Below, one piece after another: positions 62,893 to 64,000 of a stretch of 64,000 bases of DNA (its first letter is position 1; each line of letters opens with the position of its first letter). Location of the stretch: contig CAVTTN010000002.1 of the NCBI GenBank assembly GCA_963737655.1, forward strand, positions 6,144,001-6,208,000. Reading direction: 5' to 3'. This stretch comes from an uncultured Planctomycetota bacterium. Lineage in GTDB: Bacteria > Planctomycetota > Planctomycetia > Isosphaerales > Isosphaeraceae. Position numbers and translations under genes: made by a program. The notes beneath the pieces were generated by a model. It searched no databases and was not told the DNA's origin. It saw only the letters and a list, made by a program, of their open reading frames with translations.

Positions 62893-64000
62893 ATGAGCGA
62901 CCAGGCCCGACGCCCCTCCGGCACGTTCTGCGGCCGGACCCGCCGCGAGTTCCTCTGGCAGGCCGGCGCCGGGTTCACCGGCCTGGGCCTGGTCGACCTG
63001 CTGTCGAGAGACGGCTTCTTCGCCGGCAAGGCCCGGGGCGACGAGGTCTCGCGGGCGGCGAACCCGCTGGCGCCGAGGCCCGCGCACTTCGCCCCGAAGG
63101 CGAAATCGGTCATCTTCCTGTTCATGTATGGCGGCCCCAGCCACATGGACACGTTCGACTACAAGCCGAAGCTCTACGACCTCGACGGCAAGACGATCGC
63201 CGTGAAGACGTTCGGCCGGGGCGGGAAGAAGAACGAGGGTCGAGTCGTCGGCCCGAAGTGGAAATTCCAGCAGTACGGCCAGTCGGGCAAGTGGGTCAGC
63301 GACCTGTTCCCGAACCTGGCCGGGTGCGTGGACGACATCGCGTTCCTGCACTCGATGACGGCCGACTCGCCGATCCACGGCTCGGCGATGCTCCAGATGA
63401 ACACGGGCAAGATCCTCTCCGGGAGCCCGTGCCTGGGTTCGTGGGTCGGCTACGGGCTGGGCAGCGAGAACGAGGATTTGCCCGGCTTCGTGGTGATGCT
63501 CGACCCGACCGGCGGGCCGATCAGCGGCTCGAAGAACTGGTCGAGCGGCTACATGCCGGCGTCGTTCCAGGGGACGATCCTCCGCTCGGCGGGCGTGCCG
63601 GTGCTCGACCTGAAGAGGCCCGAAGGGCTGCCCGAATCGGCCCAGAGGCGGCTCCTCGACACCCTCCACGACTACAACGCCGACCACCTCGCCCCCCGCG
63701 CCGACAACTCGAACCTGGCCGCCCGGATCGCCAGCTACGAGATGGCGTTCTCGATGCAGAGCCACGCGCCGGAGGCCGTGGACCTCGACCGCGAGACCGA
63801 GGAAACCAAGGCCCTCTACGGGATCGACCAGGACAAGACCCGCGACTTCGGCCGCCGCTGCCTGCTCGCCCGTCGCCTGGTCGAGCGCGGCGTGAGGTTC
63901 ATCCAGCTCTACGCCGGAGGGGCGCACAACGACAGCAACTGGGACGCCCACGGCGACCTCGAGAAGAACCACAACTACCACGCCGGCCGGACCGACCGGC
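62893..64000 (+). CDS. DUF1501 domain protein (Tat-like signal), partial at the window end
   Basis: TRREFL, HFAPKAKSVIFLFMYGGPSHMDTFDYKP, CLLARRLVERGVRFIQ, WDAH; follows a PSD1 gene as is typical. Confidence 0.92.
   Translation, partial: MSDQARRPSGTFCGRTRREFLWQAGAGFTGLGLVDLLSRDGFFAGKARGDEVSRAANPLAPRPAHFAPKAKSVIFLFMYGGPSHMDTFDYKPKLYDLDGKTIAVKTFGRGGKKNEGRVVGPKWKFQQYGQSGKWVSDLFPNLAGCVDDIAFLHSMTADSPIHGSAMLQMNTGKILSGSPCLGSWVGYGLGSENEDLPGFVVMLDPTGGPISGSKNWSSGYMPASFQGTILRSAGVPVLDLKRPEGLPESAQRRLLDTLHDYNADHLAPRADNSNLAARIASYEMAFSMQSHAPEAVDLDRETEETKALYGIDQDKTRDFGRRCLLARRLVERGVRFIQLYAGGAHNDSNWDAHGDLEKNHNYHAGRTDR

Overview
GC-rich bacterial chromosomal window. The gene families (DUF1559, DUF1501, PSD1/DUF1549-DUF1553 cytochrome c, LEPRxLL-type giant secreted proteins, TIGR03067, PEP-CTERM) point to a planctomycete, probably Isosphaeraceae-like. 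Most of the window is typical accessory/metabolic content with three families of REP-like palindromes. The standout locus is 30.9-44.5 kb. Two tandem ~408-bp non-coding units each carry their own putative sigma-70 promoter, a retron msr-like part, a long msd-like hairpin and a 3' hairpin. They sit in front of a tightly coupled four-gene operon: HEAT/BRCT protein, WD40+HEAT giant protein, SWIM Zn-finger/WGR protein and a myxobacterial Mx162-like retron reverse transcriptase. The two units are almost identical except in the central msd stem, where 11 base pairs are swapped with full compensation. This suggests one retron RT making two different msDNAs from ncRNA cassettes about 11.5 kb upstream of the RT gene. 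About 11 single-base frameshifts in G/C runs are scattered through the window and are probably long-read errors. All calls come from reading the sequence; no searches or folding programs were run.
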